Assembly (NCBI RefSeq): GCF_021869535.1
Contig: NW_026262593.1
Span: 50,964,001 to 51,028,000 of the forward strand
Reading direction: 5' to 3'
Length of the DNA stretch: 64,000 bases
From: Mytilus californianus
Taxonomy: Eukaryota
Position 1 is the first letter of the stretch; every line of letters begins with the position of its first letter. This document shows positions 36,399-49,100 of the stretch, in pieces. Under the pieces are notes generated by a model. That model worked only from the letters and a program-made list of their open reading frames with translations, searched no databases and was not told the origin of the DNA. The position numbers and the translations under genes were made by a program.

Positions 36399-38313
36399 AT
36401 ATTCCTGGATATCAATTTTACCCCTTCCGGAATTTGTCATTGCGTCTTCATACTGTCAGTGGGAAATCTAGTGACAAAATATTACCTCCCCTGTGAACAC
36501 TGAAAACATGATCTTTTCAATATTGGTTCTGTTTTAGCAAAGACGCTAATACTTATAAATTCACAAGAAAAACGTTCTGGTAAAAAGTAACAATAACAAT
36601 GAATTTAAATAAAAACAAAATGTCCGTATAATGCTATCATTTCCATCCTAACATAGCAAACGACGAGTATAACAGGCTATAGGAGCTTTGTGTAAAATTG
36701 CGTTAAATAATGTTATGCGAAAAAATTCCTAGAGTACCAACTTCAATTTATTTTTCTACTCAGTCTGGCTGTATTTCTCCCTGGAACATGACAATTATTC
36801 GCCTATGTATGCAGCTAGATCAGAGAAGATCGGGAAAACATTTCAAGGGAATCGATTGATATGCAGCAAAGATTAACACTGTTGAAATTAAGTGATCAAG
36901 CAAATTCAAACAGACCTTATCCCGATGCAAACATTGAGTGTGAGTTTACCGAGAAGACGCAAATACATGTACAGAAATTGAAAATATCTTAAAATTGTAC
37001 CAAAATATAGTAAAAATCTTTTAACGGATAACCTACTTTGGAAAAATCTTTATCTTTAATTTTTGAACATGCACAAACAAAACTTTTATAAGACAATATT
37101 TCTTTATTGAAAGTTCACGTGACAAGAGCAAACCGGTGTACTCGAAAACTTAGATATGAAAAATATGTATATTTTTGGAAATTGTGGAACACTTCGAAAA
37201 TTAGTTATCTGTAAAATATTTAGATTTTGTATGTACATGATTTTTTCCCATTTTTTTTTATCAATATGTAGCAAAGGTTAACCTTTTTTTAAATTTCATT
37301 TTCATAAGCTTGTAATGCAAATATCTCGATATATTAACTAATGGACACAGAACATCGTGTATTTGCATGTATATTTCTAATAACACGGATTAGCAAACAA
37401 TTTTTTTTCAATACGGTGAACACTTCGAATGAATTTGGTCTTTGTAGTTTTCTGTAGCTTCCTTATCAATCTTCAACGACTAACACCCACTTGCTAAAAT
37501 TGGTATTATGATACGTCTGTTGTGTATTCTTACCACGAATTATAGACCTCAGTGCTTCTATAAGGATGATAATAAACAAAAGGATCTTCCCCCAATAAAT
37601 TTTTAGAGGATCTCTACATGTATGTTTTTGTTCAGGAGTACTGATGGCATTTGAAGCAGCCTTCTTTTTCATATATTGACATCGGGTCTTTTATGCCTTG
37701 CTATGCGATATGGGGTTTGCTCATTGTTGAAGGCCTTATATGTGCTTACTCCTACGTCATTGTGTCTCTGTTTGAAAGTTGTCTCATTGAATCATACCAC
37801 ATCTTCTTATTTTTATATGAACATAAAATCCAATGCATATATTTTTGCATACATGCATGTGTTCGTTCATTCATATATAATTAACCATGTTTTTAACATC
37901 CTTCATTATATACCAGATTTACATGTTTAACCACGCCACAGTCTTTATGTGCCCTAAGTCTGCAGCCTGTAGTTCAGTGGTTGTCGTTGGTTCATATCTG
38001 TCATATTTGTTTTTCGTAAACCGTTTTGTTATAAATTAGGCCGTTAGTTTTCTCAATTGAATGGTTTCATATTTTTCATGTCGGGGCCTTTTATAGCCGA
38101 CCATACGGTATTGGTTTTTCTCATTGTTGAAGGCCGTACAGTTGCCTATAATTGCTTATACCCACTTCATTTGAACTTTTGTGGATAGTTGTCTCATTGG
38201 CAATCATACCACATCTCCTTATTTTTATATTAACCTTTAAATTGTTTACCCATTGAAATATTGATCGATGTATTGAAATAAAAAATAACAACCAAAAAAT
38301 ATAATGAAATAAA

Positions 38314-38635
38314 CGAAGAATGTTTCCATGGGACACAGATGGCTCCGCTTGTAAATGTAAGGCAAATTCTGCATTTTTTCAATTTACAAAGAGACATAAC
38401 TCAAGAACGGCTAAAGTGACGACACCTAAATTAGAACTTGATCTGTGTTTCGTGGTAATAAGCATTGTGAATAAGTTTCATAACATTTGGTTCTGGGAAA
38501 CAAATCAAAGTCAAAGTGCAGAAACGGCAAACTTAATAATTTTCCATTTATAAACGGACATAACTCGAAAACGGTGAAAGTGACGCCAGTCAAATTCAAA
38601 CTTGATCTTACTTTGGTGATAATAAGCATTTTCAG
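38314..38635 (+). repeat. Truncated pearl/HINE-like element with two tandem core units of about 164 bp
   Basis: GACATAACTC....ACGG..AAAGTGACG...AAATT..AACTTGATCT recurs at 38393 and 38557. The head AAGAATGTTTCCATGGGACAC resembles bivalve pearl-type elements. Confidence 0.6.
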
Positions 38636-38775
38636 TTTTTAGTTTCAATTTTTTGCTTAAAACTGGAGGGGACATGGTTTTCTCCCCCATGACCCTGGCT
38701 CCTACGCCAGCAGAAAACTTTACATAGAAAATAGGATACAAAGATCATTAGCGACCTAAGCCCATTATATTGGAG

Positions 38776-39002
38776 TCACAATCGCTTAGGGAATGCCCCC
38801 TTTTTTATTTTTTTCATTTTAAGTAAAATTTCCTAATTTCTTCAATATTTTAACTTATTTTCCCCCTATTTAACGTATTCTTGCTATTATCATTCGATTT
38901 AACAATAAAAGTATTGTATGACTGATGCCCCTGTATTCCAATTTAAAATGAATTCCAAAAGTTAAATTTAAAAGGGGGTCCATTCCCTATAAGCGATTGT
39001 GA
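38776..39002. mobile_element. MITE-like element, 227 bp
   Basis: Inverted ends TCACAATCGCTTAGGGAATG.CCCCCTTT and AAAGGGGGTCCATTCCCTATAAGCGATTGTGA. Confidence 0.7.
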
Positions 39003-39431
39003 TTGGAGATCTTTTAGAATTCGGGAATTATGAGGAAACACCTCAAAGAAGAGAATCACATTTGATTAGAATTTTATTATTTTTTAAATTTGGAAACATT
39101 ATTAATTTTCATGAAACATTCTCAAATACATTTCTTACTGGTATATTACAAGCTGTTCTGGTAATTTTTAACATTTGACATATTTTTCATTTTAACAGTT
39201 TTATGCGTAAAAAAGATTATAACGACATTCAACTTTTTATGTTAACGATAAAATTTGCGTTACAGTAATCATGGTAATCTTGGTGACTGTTTAAAAACAG
39301 GAGAACGATTTACAACAGTTACTTTCGTTTGTTCAAAATTACCTTTATATCCTATATAGCTTAACTATCGTAAATAAAATTCATAATCAAGTATTTTGAG
39401 ACGCGCAAGGTTATTAAATTGTTATATATGT

Positions 39432-40024
39432 GTATTTAGACAATATACGTATAGTGTCTTGAAATATGAAATTTATTTGTATGAGGCTAAGAAACGGGGG
39501 GAAATGCGAGGTTTACCGAGCATTTCCCCCTGTTTCGTGCCGAATACAAATAAATTTCATATTTCAAGACACTATACGTATATTGTCTTTATACTGCAAT
39601 CGATAAAAAACATAAAAAATAAAATAAAATACGTAACAAATTTATTGTTAAAAAAAAGTGTTTGGAATTTCCCTCTTGGGGTACCATTGTTGGGTATTTC
39701 CCTATAAGCGTAGTAACTCATAAAGTCCAGGCGATAAGACATTGACATTTTTAGGAATTAGAAAGAGAAAATAAACTAATTTAATAGTATTTAATAAATA
39801 TGGTATGTAAATTACGAATTTCAAGACATAACAAGTTTAAATTTACAAAAGTTTGACAATTGTTACTACACGTTGTCATGGTTGTGACGTGACGTTGTTG
39901 ATGAAATACAGTAGTTCCGGTAAGTAGGCGTGGCTAATAGGTTAGTTGAGGTCATTGACGTATAAAGCTAACGTTTATACGTATAGCTTTATCTGTATAG
40001 TAAAATAGCTGATTGCAGTATAAA
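39432..40024. mobile_element. Non-autonomous element: 160-bp foldback hairpin plus 14-bp inverted repeat
   Basis: Perfect 45-bp arms lie at 39438-39482 and 39544-39588. TTTATACTGCAATC (39588-39601) is inverted at 40011-40024. Confidence 0.8.
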
Positions 40025-40374
40025 CATGTTTATTTGATATTTAATTGTGTGGTAGCCCTTTTCTTCGCCCCTTAGCTGTTTTTTCGTTTATATACTAGTA
40101 TATCATATCGATGCACCGCACTAGCCATCTTATTGTGAACCTACTGATCTGCATTCTCAAATCAATTGAGGTCAATAACTGAGTGTCTTGGCTGGTCGAG
40201 TTCAACTGTAGAACGTGTATATTTACTGTGTTAATGGTTTATATTTATTTTAAGAACAGTTTGTATTTGTGACTATTGGTGGGGTTCGTGTTGCTCAGTC
40301 TTTAGTTTTCTATGTACTATTGTTTGTCTGTTTTTTTTTTTTTGTTTTTTTTTTTCTTTTTATGCTCTCTGGGG

Positions 40375-41100
40375 AAATGAAAAAACATAGAATGAGTCAC
40401 TCATTTTCCCTACTATCAATCATTTTCCTACCATCACTTGTTTCCAGTAACTCAGGCTTCCGTACTGGACTCTTACAGTTTTAAGGAATTTTTTAATTAT
40501 ACCAGTTTAAATTACAGGGTTCTATTCATTTGGGAGGGATGTATAAGTACGCAGTCACGTTCAATTATTTAACCTTAGTCAAAATTTATTATTATTTTTT
40601 TAATCATTATCAAACTGCTATCTATTTGGGATGTTTAAATACGAAGCATATGTTTTTAATTACTCTACCGTTGTCAAACTTGAAATATTAATATTATAGC
40701 TCGGATCGGTCAGTACTGTTTATTGGGAATGTATTTCCATGCAATCGTTGTTGTAACATCTTAACTGTCGTCACCTTTGAAATTTTAGAGTTGTACCAGT
40801 TAATATCGCACATTACTATTTTTATTTGAAGCATATCTTTGCACTCTGTTGTAAATAGCTACATAACCTACGTCATGTTTAATTTTTTTAGAATTGTACA
40901 AGCGTCTCTATGATGTTCAGTTTTGACTGTTTTATTGTATAAATTTAAAGATTGTTATAGTTTTATAGACTAGATTCATATGATTCATTTTACATCGTGA
41001 TCATACTGATGAAAGATATCTGTTATCCATAATATTTAACATTTGTTCATTTTATTATTATTTTTTGGTGATGTTGTACCCTTTTAGACTTGTTATATAT
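40375..41100 (+). mobile_element. Solo copy of the PLE 3' tail/pseudo-LTR seen at 32254-32950
   Basis: It is colinear from AAATGAAAAAACATAGAATGAGTCACTCATTTTCCCTAC to GTTGTACCCTTTTAGACT. Confidence 0.9.
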
Positions 41101-41868
41101 ATATTATAAATCTATATTATGAATAAAAGCTGTTGCCAGATATCGTCAATCCATATATTTATTTTGTTTTAATAGCACCATCTGAAATAATGGAATTTAA
41201 GTTAATGGACTTAAATTCAGTTATCACTGGTGCCTCGTTCGGATAGTGTTTCATGTTTTAGCTTTACCCAACATGAGTGACGTTTAATTCTGTGACGTAA
41301 TTTAGTCCTTTTTAGCATTTCTAAGCAAGCAAGCTGTTAAAATTTCGTTAGCGGTAAAATTAAAAACTCGCCCTCCCACTCCGTTTTTGTATGAGATACT
41401 GCTCTTTTGTATTTATCTTTTAGGTTTCTGTCCGTGGCAGTTGTAATCCAGAGATGACTGTGATGATGTTAACTTGTTTGCCGTTTAGACTAGTGACTTT
41501 TATTTGAACTTTAAGCATCATAAATACATTCCCTGTAAATGGCAGAATTCGCTGCATATAATCTTAATTTTAACTATGACATTTTAGGTTTTTGGATATT
41601 TACACCTGTGTATCCCACGGTGCATTCTAAATTTAAAGCACCCGTGTATCCTACAGTGCATCTTTACATTTTCATATACCTAGAATCTACCTGCAGATAT
41701 CATATTATATTCAGGTAACCAACCATTCATCTATCTACATATACATCTATCTATCTATCTATATATATATATATATATATTATATGAATCTTTATTATGA
41801 ATAAAAGCTGTGGCAAGATATCGCTAATCCATATATGTATTTTGTTTTAATGGCACCATCTGAGATAA
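41100..41868 (+). repeat. Direct repeat of about 100 bp (41100-41212 and 41778-41868) with an (ATCT)n(AT)n tract at 41728-41782
   Basis: Both share TATTATGAATAAAAGCTGT.GC.AGATATCG..AATCCATATAT.TATTTTGTTTTAAT.GCACCATCTGA. Confidence 0.85.
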
Positions 41869-41948
41869 CAGGAGTGTGCACCTGACTCAAAAGAAATTAT
41901 CCAAGAGAGGCGGAACATAATAAAAGTGTAGTCAATACAATAAAGTAA

Positions 41949-42559
41949 GGGCATACGATACAGTTTTGATCCCATAATAAAATTTTGATGAAAATTTGCA
42001 AATAGGCTATTTTTTACCAGCTTAAATCAAATATGTAATAAAAAATGTACCTTCATGTGCTACTTTTTGAGTAAAATGAGGTAGAAATTTCAGATATTTA
42101 CTAAAAAATTCGGATTTGTGAACGTATTTTTCCTTCCGACAGAAATGCATAACTTTTTTGTTTTAAAAGATAAACACAACTGTTTTTTGTTTAATTTCTC
42201 TTTTTTTTAAAAGTATTTCATAAATTTATGAAATTTTTTGTTTAGAATTACTAAAATTTATCAAATGTTCATGAATGTAGAAAAAAACGTCATTTTTTGC
42301 TGTATAATTATCAAATTTTAAAAAATTGCATTATTGACTTTTTCAAGAAAATTGGTACAAATAATTTTCATGCGTAATCAAACCGAATGTCATTTTAAAA
42401 TAGAGGTGTCCATGCACTCGTTTAAAAGTTAAATCAGTTTGAATGATAAAAATCAGTCGAAAAATGCATCTTTTCCCGATATGTCACAGTTTGACGTCGC
42501 GAAAATAACATTTTACGTTAGCAACGTCATTACCTCCCCTTTAACTGTATCGTATGCCC
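41949..42559. mobile_element. Kolobok-like non-autonomous DNA transposon, 611 bp
   Basis: Perfect TIRs GGGCATACGATACAGTT and AACTGTATCGTATGCCC are flanked by GTAA and TTAA. A TTAA target with purine-purine termini fits Kolobok. Confidence 0.75.
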
Positions 42560-43402
42560 TTAAAAACAATGCCATGGCGAAAAACTAAAAACGACCACAA
42601 AATAAGGAAGTCTATAAAACACAACAAACTGAGCAGCACAAACCCCACCAAAAACTGGGGGGAGGGGGGATACTATTATATGAAATGCAATCTGTTTTGA
42701 TCTAAAATTCAATTATAAAAATGCATATGTGTCTTTTAAAATGTCATATGATGATCGCCGAATATGTTCGAGGTGGCAGACCATATCTGAAAAGGGAAAG
42801 ATCAAGATATTAACCCTGGAAATCAGAGGCTAATGCTATAATACGATTTAAATAAGTCTGTAAACTGCAAATATGTTATCTAAGCGCAGCGAAATCTACT
42901 ATAAATCAAGCGACTAACCCTGGATATTAGAAGTTAGTGCTACTAACGATAAAAAATGTAACAAATTATATATGTTTGTATGTTATAAAATCCCTTATTA
43001 AATCACTTCCAAGTTATTCATTCAATATTTGTATATGTCCACTCCTTGTCCAGGTTTCAGCTATTTTTCCTTGAATGACAGTCTTGACATTTGAAATTTT
43101 GTACAGCTTTCAACATGGAATAATGATTTAATCTATGTAGACAATGCAAATCTGAAATAAACAAACAAAACCAAACAGCAGTATCGTCCGTAGAAATTGC
43201 ATTCTAAAGAGAACTAAGTGAGGGTGGGCGTGTTTGATGTAGATATTTTCTATTTATAAAACAGCCTGAATAACGCTAATGTTTCATTCAAAAGTATTCA
43301 CCAAGATCATAACATGAGCAGTTATTACTGACGAGTCAACTATAAAAATTCAAAGTGTAGAATAGTCGTCTGGAAAAGTAACGCCACGCGTCTTACTAGA
43401 AA

Positions 43403-46156
43403 TAGTATACACCTATTGACTGGGTGTAAGGGTAATAGCAAGTTTGTTGTCCCTGAGATACCAACTATTGCTCGAGGCGAAGCCGAGGGCAATAGTTGGT
43501 ATGCGAAGGGACAACAAACTTGCTATTACCCGCACAACCAGTCATTAGGTGTTTTATTATACTGAACAACACAACTTTCAAAGAAATCTTCAAACACCTT
43601 CTGACACATCTAAATTAGCAGAGCTATACCATACTTTTGTACATTGTACAAGTGCATGCTCAGTAGTATTGACACATTTCACCATTTTAGTTTCCTGATG
43701 CATATGGTATCTTAAAAAAATAGTAAACAACATTGTATGGTTTAATGACTGTATTTTCAACAAAATATAACAAGAAACATATAGAATAATAACTGACTCA
43801 CTAAAGTTACTGACTGACTGAATTTACTCACTTCTCGAAATAAAAATGTATATTGGAATTGTTAATGTTTTGTATTGAAAATCCAGACAATGGAAAACGA
43901 AAGTTATTATTTACACCAACTGTTGAACTACATGAGGTGGGAAAAATATTTTGAATGTTTGTCTGATTTGACTCATAGCTTGAAATGTCCTGTAATATTT
44001 GATCAAATTCAACATCATTAGAAAGTAGGCCAAAGCCATTATCACATATTGATGTTGTTGTATCCTGAGTTGTAACTCTTTTTTCTGATAATTCACCATT
44101 CGAACTTGTTGCACTCTGAATAGTTTCACTCAGAATGTTTGACATTTCATGTTTTTAGTACTACTGAGACGCTTGCAATAGGACTTAACTGCTGATTCAG
44201 ATTTCTGGCCGCTATGTCCCATAATGTGTCGAGTTTCAATACCCCCCTCATCCAAGACAGTTATGCATGTAGTGCGTATGCAATGATTTGTGTATCGTCG
44301 AGACAAACCACACTCTTCACTTATTTTAGCCATTAGATTTCCAAGAGTATTTTTTCCAACTGGACTATTGTCATACCATACATCCGCTGATTCTGTAGTT
44401 TAAAATGCATGCTTTGGCCGCTGCCAAAAATCTGTTCTATCTGGATGCAGCTTACTAAAATACTTGGTAAAAGATCTAACAGGGCAATTGGCACTCCCAG
44501 GAAAAAAAGGATAGACACTTTTAATAGATAATTTAAGTTTTACAGATAATTGTTTTTTGGTGTGTTTTATAAGATTTTTATACATTGTTCCTGCAATTTT
44601 TGAGAGAGTTTTGAATTTACTTAATTTCAGTTAAAAGAAATAAACAACTTACACTTTCCCGTAATTTCCTATGTCACATTGCTGATGTTACAGTATTATT
44701 CACAGTAAAAACCAATGTTTGATGATGTCAGTTAAGTTATGTTGATTGACCTCTTGTCAACTGGTGTAACTCATTGAAAAAGATACATGTACATTTCTTA
44801 TATATAATGCTGTCTCATCAGTGAGTCAAGTACAATGTAATTTAAATTTACGATGTATATTCACAGCTACAAATGTACTTTTTTGTAATGATTGTTTTTT
44901 TTTTCTTTTGGTGTAATAAATTTTAAGTTGAAACTTTTAGTTAAAATGTGCATTCATGTACGCACTTATATTGTATATATTACAATGTAAACACTGAACA
45001 TGCATAATGCCATTTAACAAACCAAGAGAGCAGTTTCATTATGACTGGTACCTTAACTTGTTGAACAGTAACTTCAAATGTGAAAGACTCATTATAGTAT
45101 GGATTCAACGTGAACTTCTTTATCATGGTTTAAGCAGCATGTATTTAATCTATTAATCTAAATATTACCAATAAATAATTTACCTGGAATTTCATACATC
45201 CTGCCATCTTGATCATCAACATCTGTAAAGTCGTCCCTTCTATGATTTTTGGTCTGCCGTACCACCTTAACTCTGACATACCGCAGTCCTTTTGCGTCTC
45301 TTTTCAACTCGAAATCATCCCTTTGAACATCCCGGATATTCTCTCTGCCTCTATTACAGAAGTAATACAAATACTAAAAAAACACTCTCTTCTGTAATGC
45401 CTCAGGTGTGTTAAGGGAAAAATGTTCATGTTTATATAATTTCTGTAAGTCTTCAGGACAAATTGGCTCCTTGTGATTAACAGTGGCCTTTCCTTCTTTC
45501 TTCATCGCCACCATCATGGCTTTAAACATATCATATGCAGCATTATAATGTTCACTGTTGATAATGTCTTCTTTTCTTGTTTCGATGAAATGTTTTTGTA
45601 AGCCAAATCTTAGAGTGATAAGTGATTTTTTAGCATATAAAGTACCATCCGTTTTTCTGACCTCCCCATAAAACTGTCGGAGTGTTTTAACAACGTCCTC
45701 TGTACAGGCCTGGTCCAAGTCTTGGATAGTTTTAAATGAACCGTCTTTTTCAAGTAAATAATCTCCGATTATCCGTTTTGCTACTCCAATTACATTTTTT
45801 GTATTTTTCGAATCTCTGTCATAAAGTATTTTAGTAAGATCTACAGGTTGTAATGACGCAAATCTGCTTGCCTCTGCCATACTATGTTTATGTTTTGATC
45901 GTCTGATGTTGTCTTCATGTTTTCGATATTTCAGTGTTTTACCTGACCATGCGAAAAGGTCAGAGAAATACGAATGATAAATGACGTCATTTTTGACCAA
46001 TGAAAAGTAAGTTGGAAGAGTTCGGGAAATCTACTTACGAAACTATTCACCGGGTAAATAGTCTTTGAAACTATTAATTGGCAAATTGTCTTTAGAATGA
46101 AATAGCACAACAATTTCATTTATTTTATATAGAAAAAAACTCTTGAAGTATAATAA
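43403..46156 (-). mobile_element. Crypton-type tyrosine-recombinase DNA transposon (DUF3504/KCTD1-ZMYM-like YR), defective, with a terminal hairpin of about 160 bp
   Basis: The spliced and frameshifted coding region runs 45880 to 43828: MAEASRF...YYFCNRGRENIR...TKNHR...MYEIPG|SANCPV...WYDNSPVGKNTLGNLM...YTNHCIRTT...SGQKSESAVKSY. The intron donor is at 45183 and the hairpin at 43403-43563. Confidence 0.85.
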
Positions 46157-49100
46157 TTGTCTCTATGGCTCCTTGGATTATGTTCAGAAAAATTTCATTA
46201 TCTATCTTTGTTAAATGCACCCCGTCTTTTGCTAGAAACTCATTTGTAGCTTTTTGTCAGGATATCGAATGTAACAGCCTCCATGCTTTGTCATGTGGAC
46301 AGCAATGGAGCTGTTTAACCGACGCCTGCACTTGTCCATGCAGTTCTTATTGATTGAATACCGCCACTGCAATCTTGTCAATACTTGAGTTAAAGTCGTT
46401 TCAGGCAATTTATTAAATAACCATCAGATAAATTTGACAAGCTGGTAATGTAAATAACCTAGTTTCATATTACCTGTATCTTTTCCCCCAATGTGCACTA
46501 TAGTATGGATGCGAGGATCTTCATTATCAGCATTATTCAAATGCGATTCTTCATCTTAGAGAGAGTTAATCTACCGTGCTCTGCCACCAAATTTTCACTC
46601 CCAACCTATTCAAAGCCAAATTAGATCCTCCCGGGCGTTGCCTTGCTTCCACAAATACATTCTTGATAATTGACGACCCAATAATCCAATCACTTATAGG
46701 AGAATCTGAAACTAACAGCAATATATATAACCAATTAAACAGGAATTCGTATGTAACGCAAATATGCACCCGATTTCCAACGACCTAAACTTTTAATCTT
46801 TTCATCAGATAATCCTTCAATGGCACAAGCTGTCGCCATACCTATTCTGAATGAGGTAGACGACCAACGAGAATGTTCAATACCTAAAGCATGTAGTGAC
46901 TTTTGGAGTATTGCAGAAAATTGGTATTTAGTAAAGGCTTACCGTCAAAATGACAAAATAGCGGTCCACCTACTACAGGTCTATCTCGCAAATAGCAAGT
47001 TAATAAAACCTCTGGACAAATACATTTGTCTGCTTGCTCCGGAATGTGTATAGTTACCCCTCTATAAAACTGATCGGTCTTAGATGAAATCAAATGAATT
47101 TCCAAATATTTTTTTAAATTTTGACATCATTCTTGCTTAAAGCATTATTTGCAGAACATGTATTGCTAATATTTTGAACTGTCAACTCCCCAACCCTAAA
47201 CAGACCATAAAAGGCTAAGGAAAAAACCGCCTTGAATAGCCTAGCTTCGTATGCAGAACTGCAGATACAGGATAATATTGACAAAATACGACGCAATAAC
47301 TACATTGAAATAGGTAGCCAAGTGTCCATCTGAGGCGACCATGAACGCTTAACACCATCGAGCATTTTCCTGACGATAAACTTTGGAGTATAGTCTTCAT
47401 AATCATTTAGTTTATTGTAGAAACTAAAGCCTGATGTGTACGAATGAATTGTTGAATGAGCGAATCCCAATTTATACATATATGCAATAAAAGCAATAAT
47501 GTCATGCAAAGGCACAGGCCATACTTTTGCAAGACCGATATCTTTCCTAAAACTGTTAAACAAATTTAAAGCCCTGGTATACAACTTTGCCGTACTAGGA
47601 GCCACCGAATTGTTTATTAGAAAGTCTACTTCAGATTCGAAATGATCATATGAAACTCCACAGGAATGTCTGATGGAGTTTGATCTGCTTCCGGGGCCAA
47701 TGTACGGAAACGGATCACCTGAAAAAGAGACAAAGAAGCTGCAATTGCATTACTTGCGCCTGGAATATGCAACGCTCGTACCTGAATATTTTTTCTCATT
47801 AATAAAATTACTTAAGGACGAATTAACTTCATTACGTACTTCGATTTTGATGTTCTCAAAACTAGTGCTTGGTTATCTATTCTTAATAAAAATTTCTTGT
47901 TGATAAATTGAGGGGACCATATTAACATGGCCAATAATATAGGCACGAGCTCTAAAAAGGATATATCGGACATGAAATCCTTATCTCTCCACTCGACAGG
48001 CCATCGAAACGGAGACTAATGCCCCGCAAAATAAGCCCCACAACCAAGAGAAGCATTTCCAGAACTATCAGTAAACAGCTAAAGCATATCACTTGACAAC
48101 CAGAGACTTTCTAAGAGGTACAAAAAATGTAACATTCGCCGTTACAATTTTCCAAAAATTCTAACCAAACTAAAGCATCCGATCTCAACTCTTGATTATT
48201 TTTTACATATTAATACGATTTTCCGTGCTTAAGTTTGAATGGTTTTACACTAGTAATTTTTGGGGCCCTTTATAGCTTGCTATTCGGTGTGAGCCAAGGC
48301 TCCGTGTTGAAGACCATACTTTGATCTATAATGGTTTACTTTGAAAAATTTTGACTTGGATGGAGAGTTGTCTCATTGGCACTCATACCACATCTTCTTA
48401 TATCTATTAAGGTTTGAAATTATATCATAAAATCTTCTTGTATGACGGAATTGCACGTTTGCAAAATGCCAATAGCCCTATTATTGACTCTAGTTCCTCA
48501 ATTTTTATATTTTTTGACCAACCAATGTATTGAATACCAGACTTTAATTTAATAACCTTGTTTTCCGGAAGTTTCACCAACATAAGGAAAGTATCAATGT
48601 CAAGACCAAGAATTGTCAAGGTCGTCGTAGGTCCAAGTGTTATATTGTCTGCCAATGGCACACACAAATCCTTACAAACTTTCATAAAAGTCTCAATTAA
48701 CACCTCACAATTATAATTTGACTCGGGTCTAGCAAATATAGAATCATCTAAATATGATCTAATGTGTCCAGGCCAGACTTTGACTGTACAGCCCAATGTA
48801 AAAAGGTTGAAAATCGTTCAAAAATCTGAAATGATCTACTTAATCCTAAGGGTAAGATTTCTTAATGTAAAAAATATCCAGAAATTTGATACCCATAAGA
48901 TCAAAATCTGTAGGATTTACGATTAAAAGTCTGAATGCATGGCGAATATCGATTTTTCCGATTTTCGCACGCTTACTGAGAGCCGAAATCATGTTCAAAA
49001 CATTGTCGAATGAAGAGTATTTCGCACTACAAAAATCTTCGGGTATAAAATCATCAATAATGCCACCATCAGGATAAGACAAATGGGATATGAGACACCA

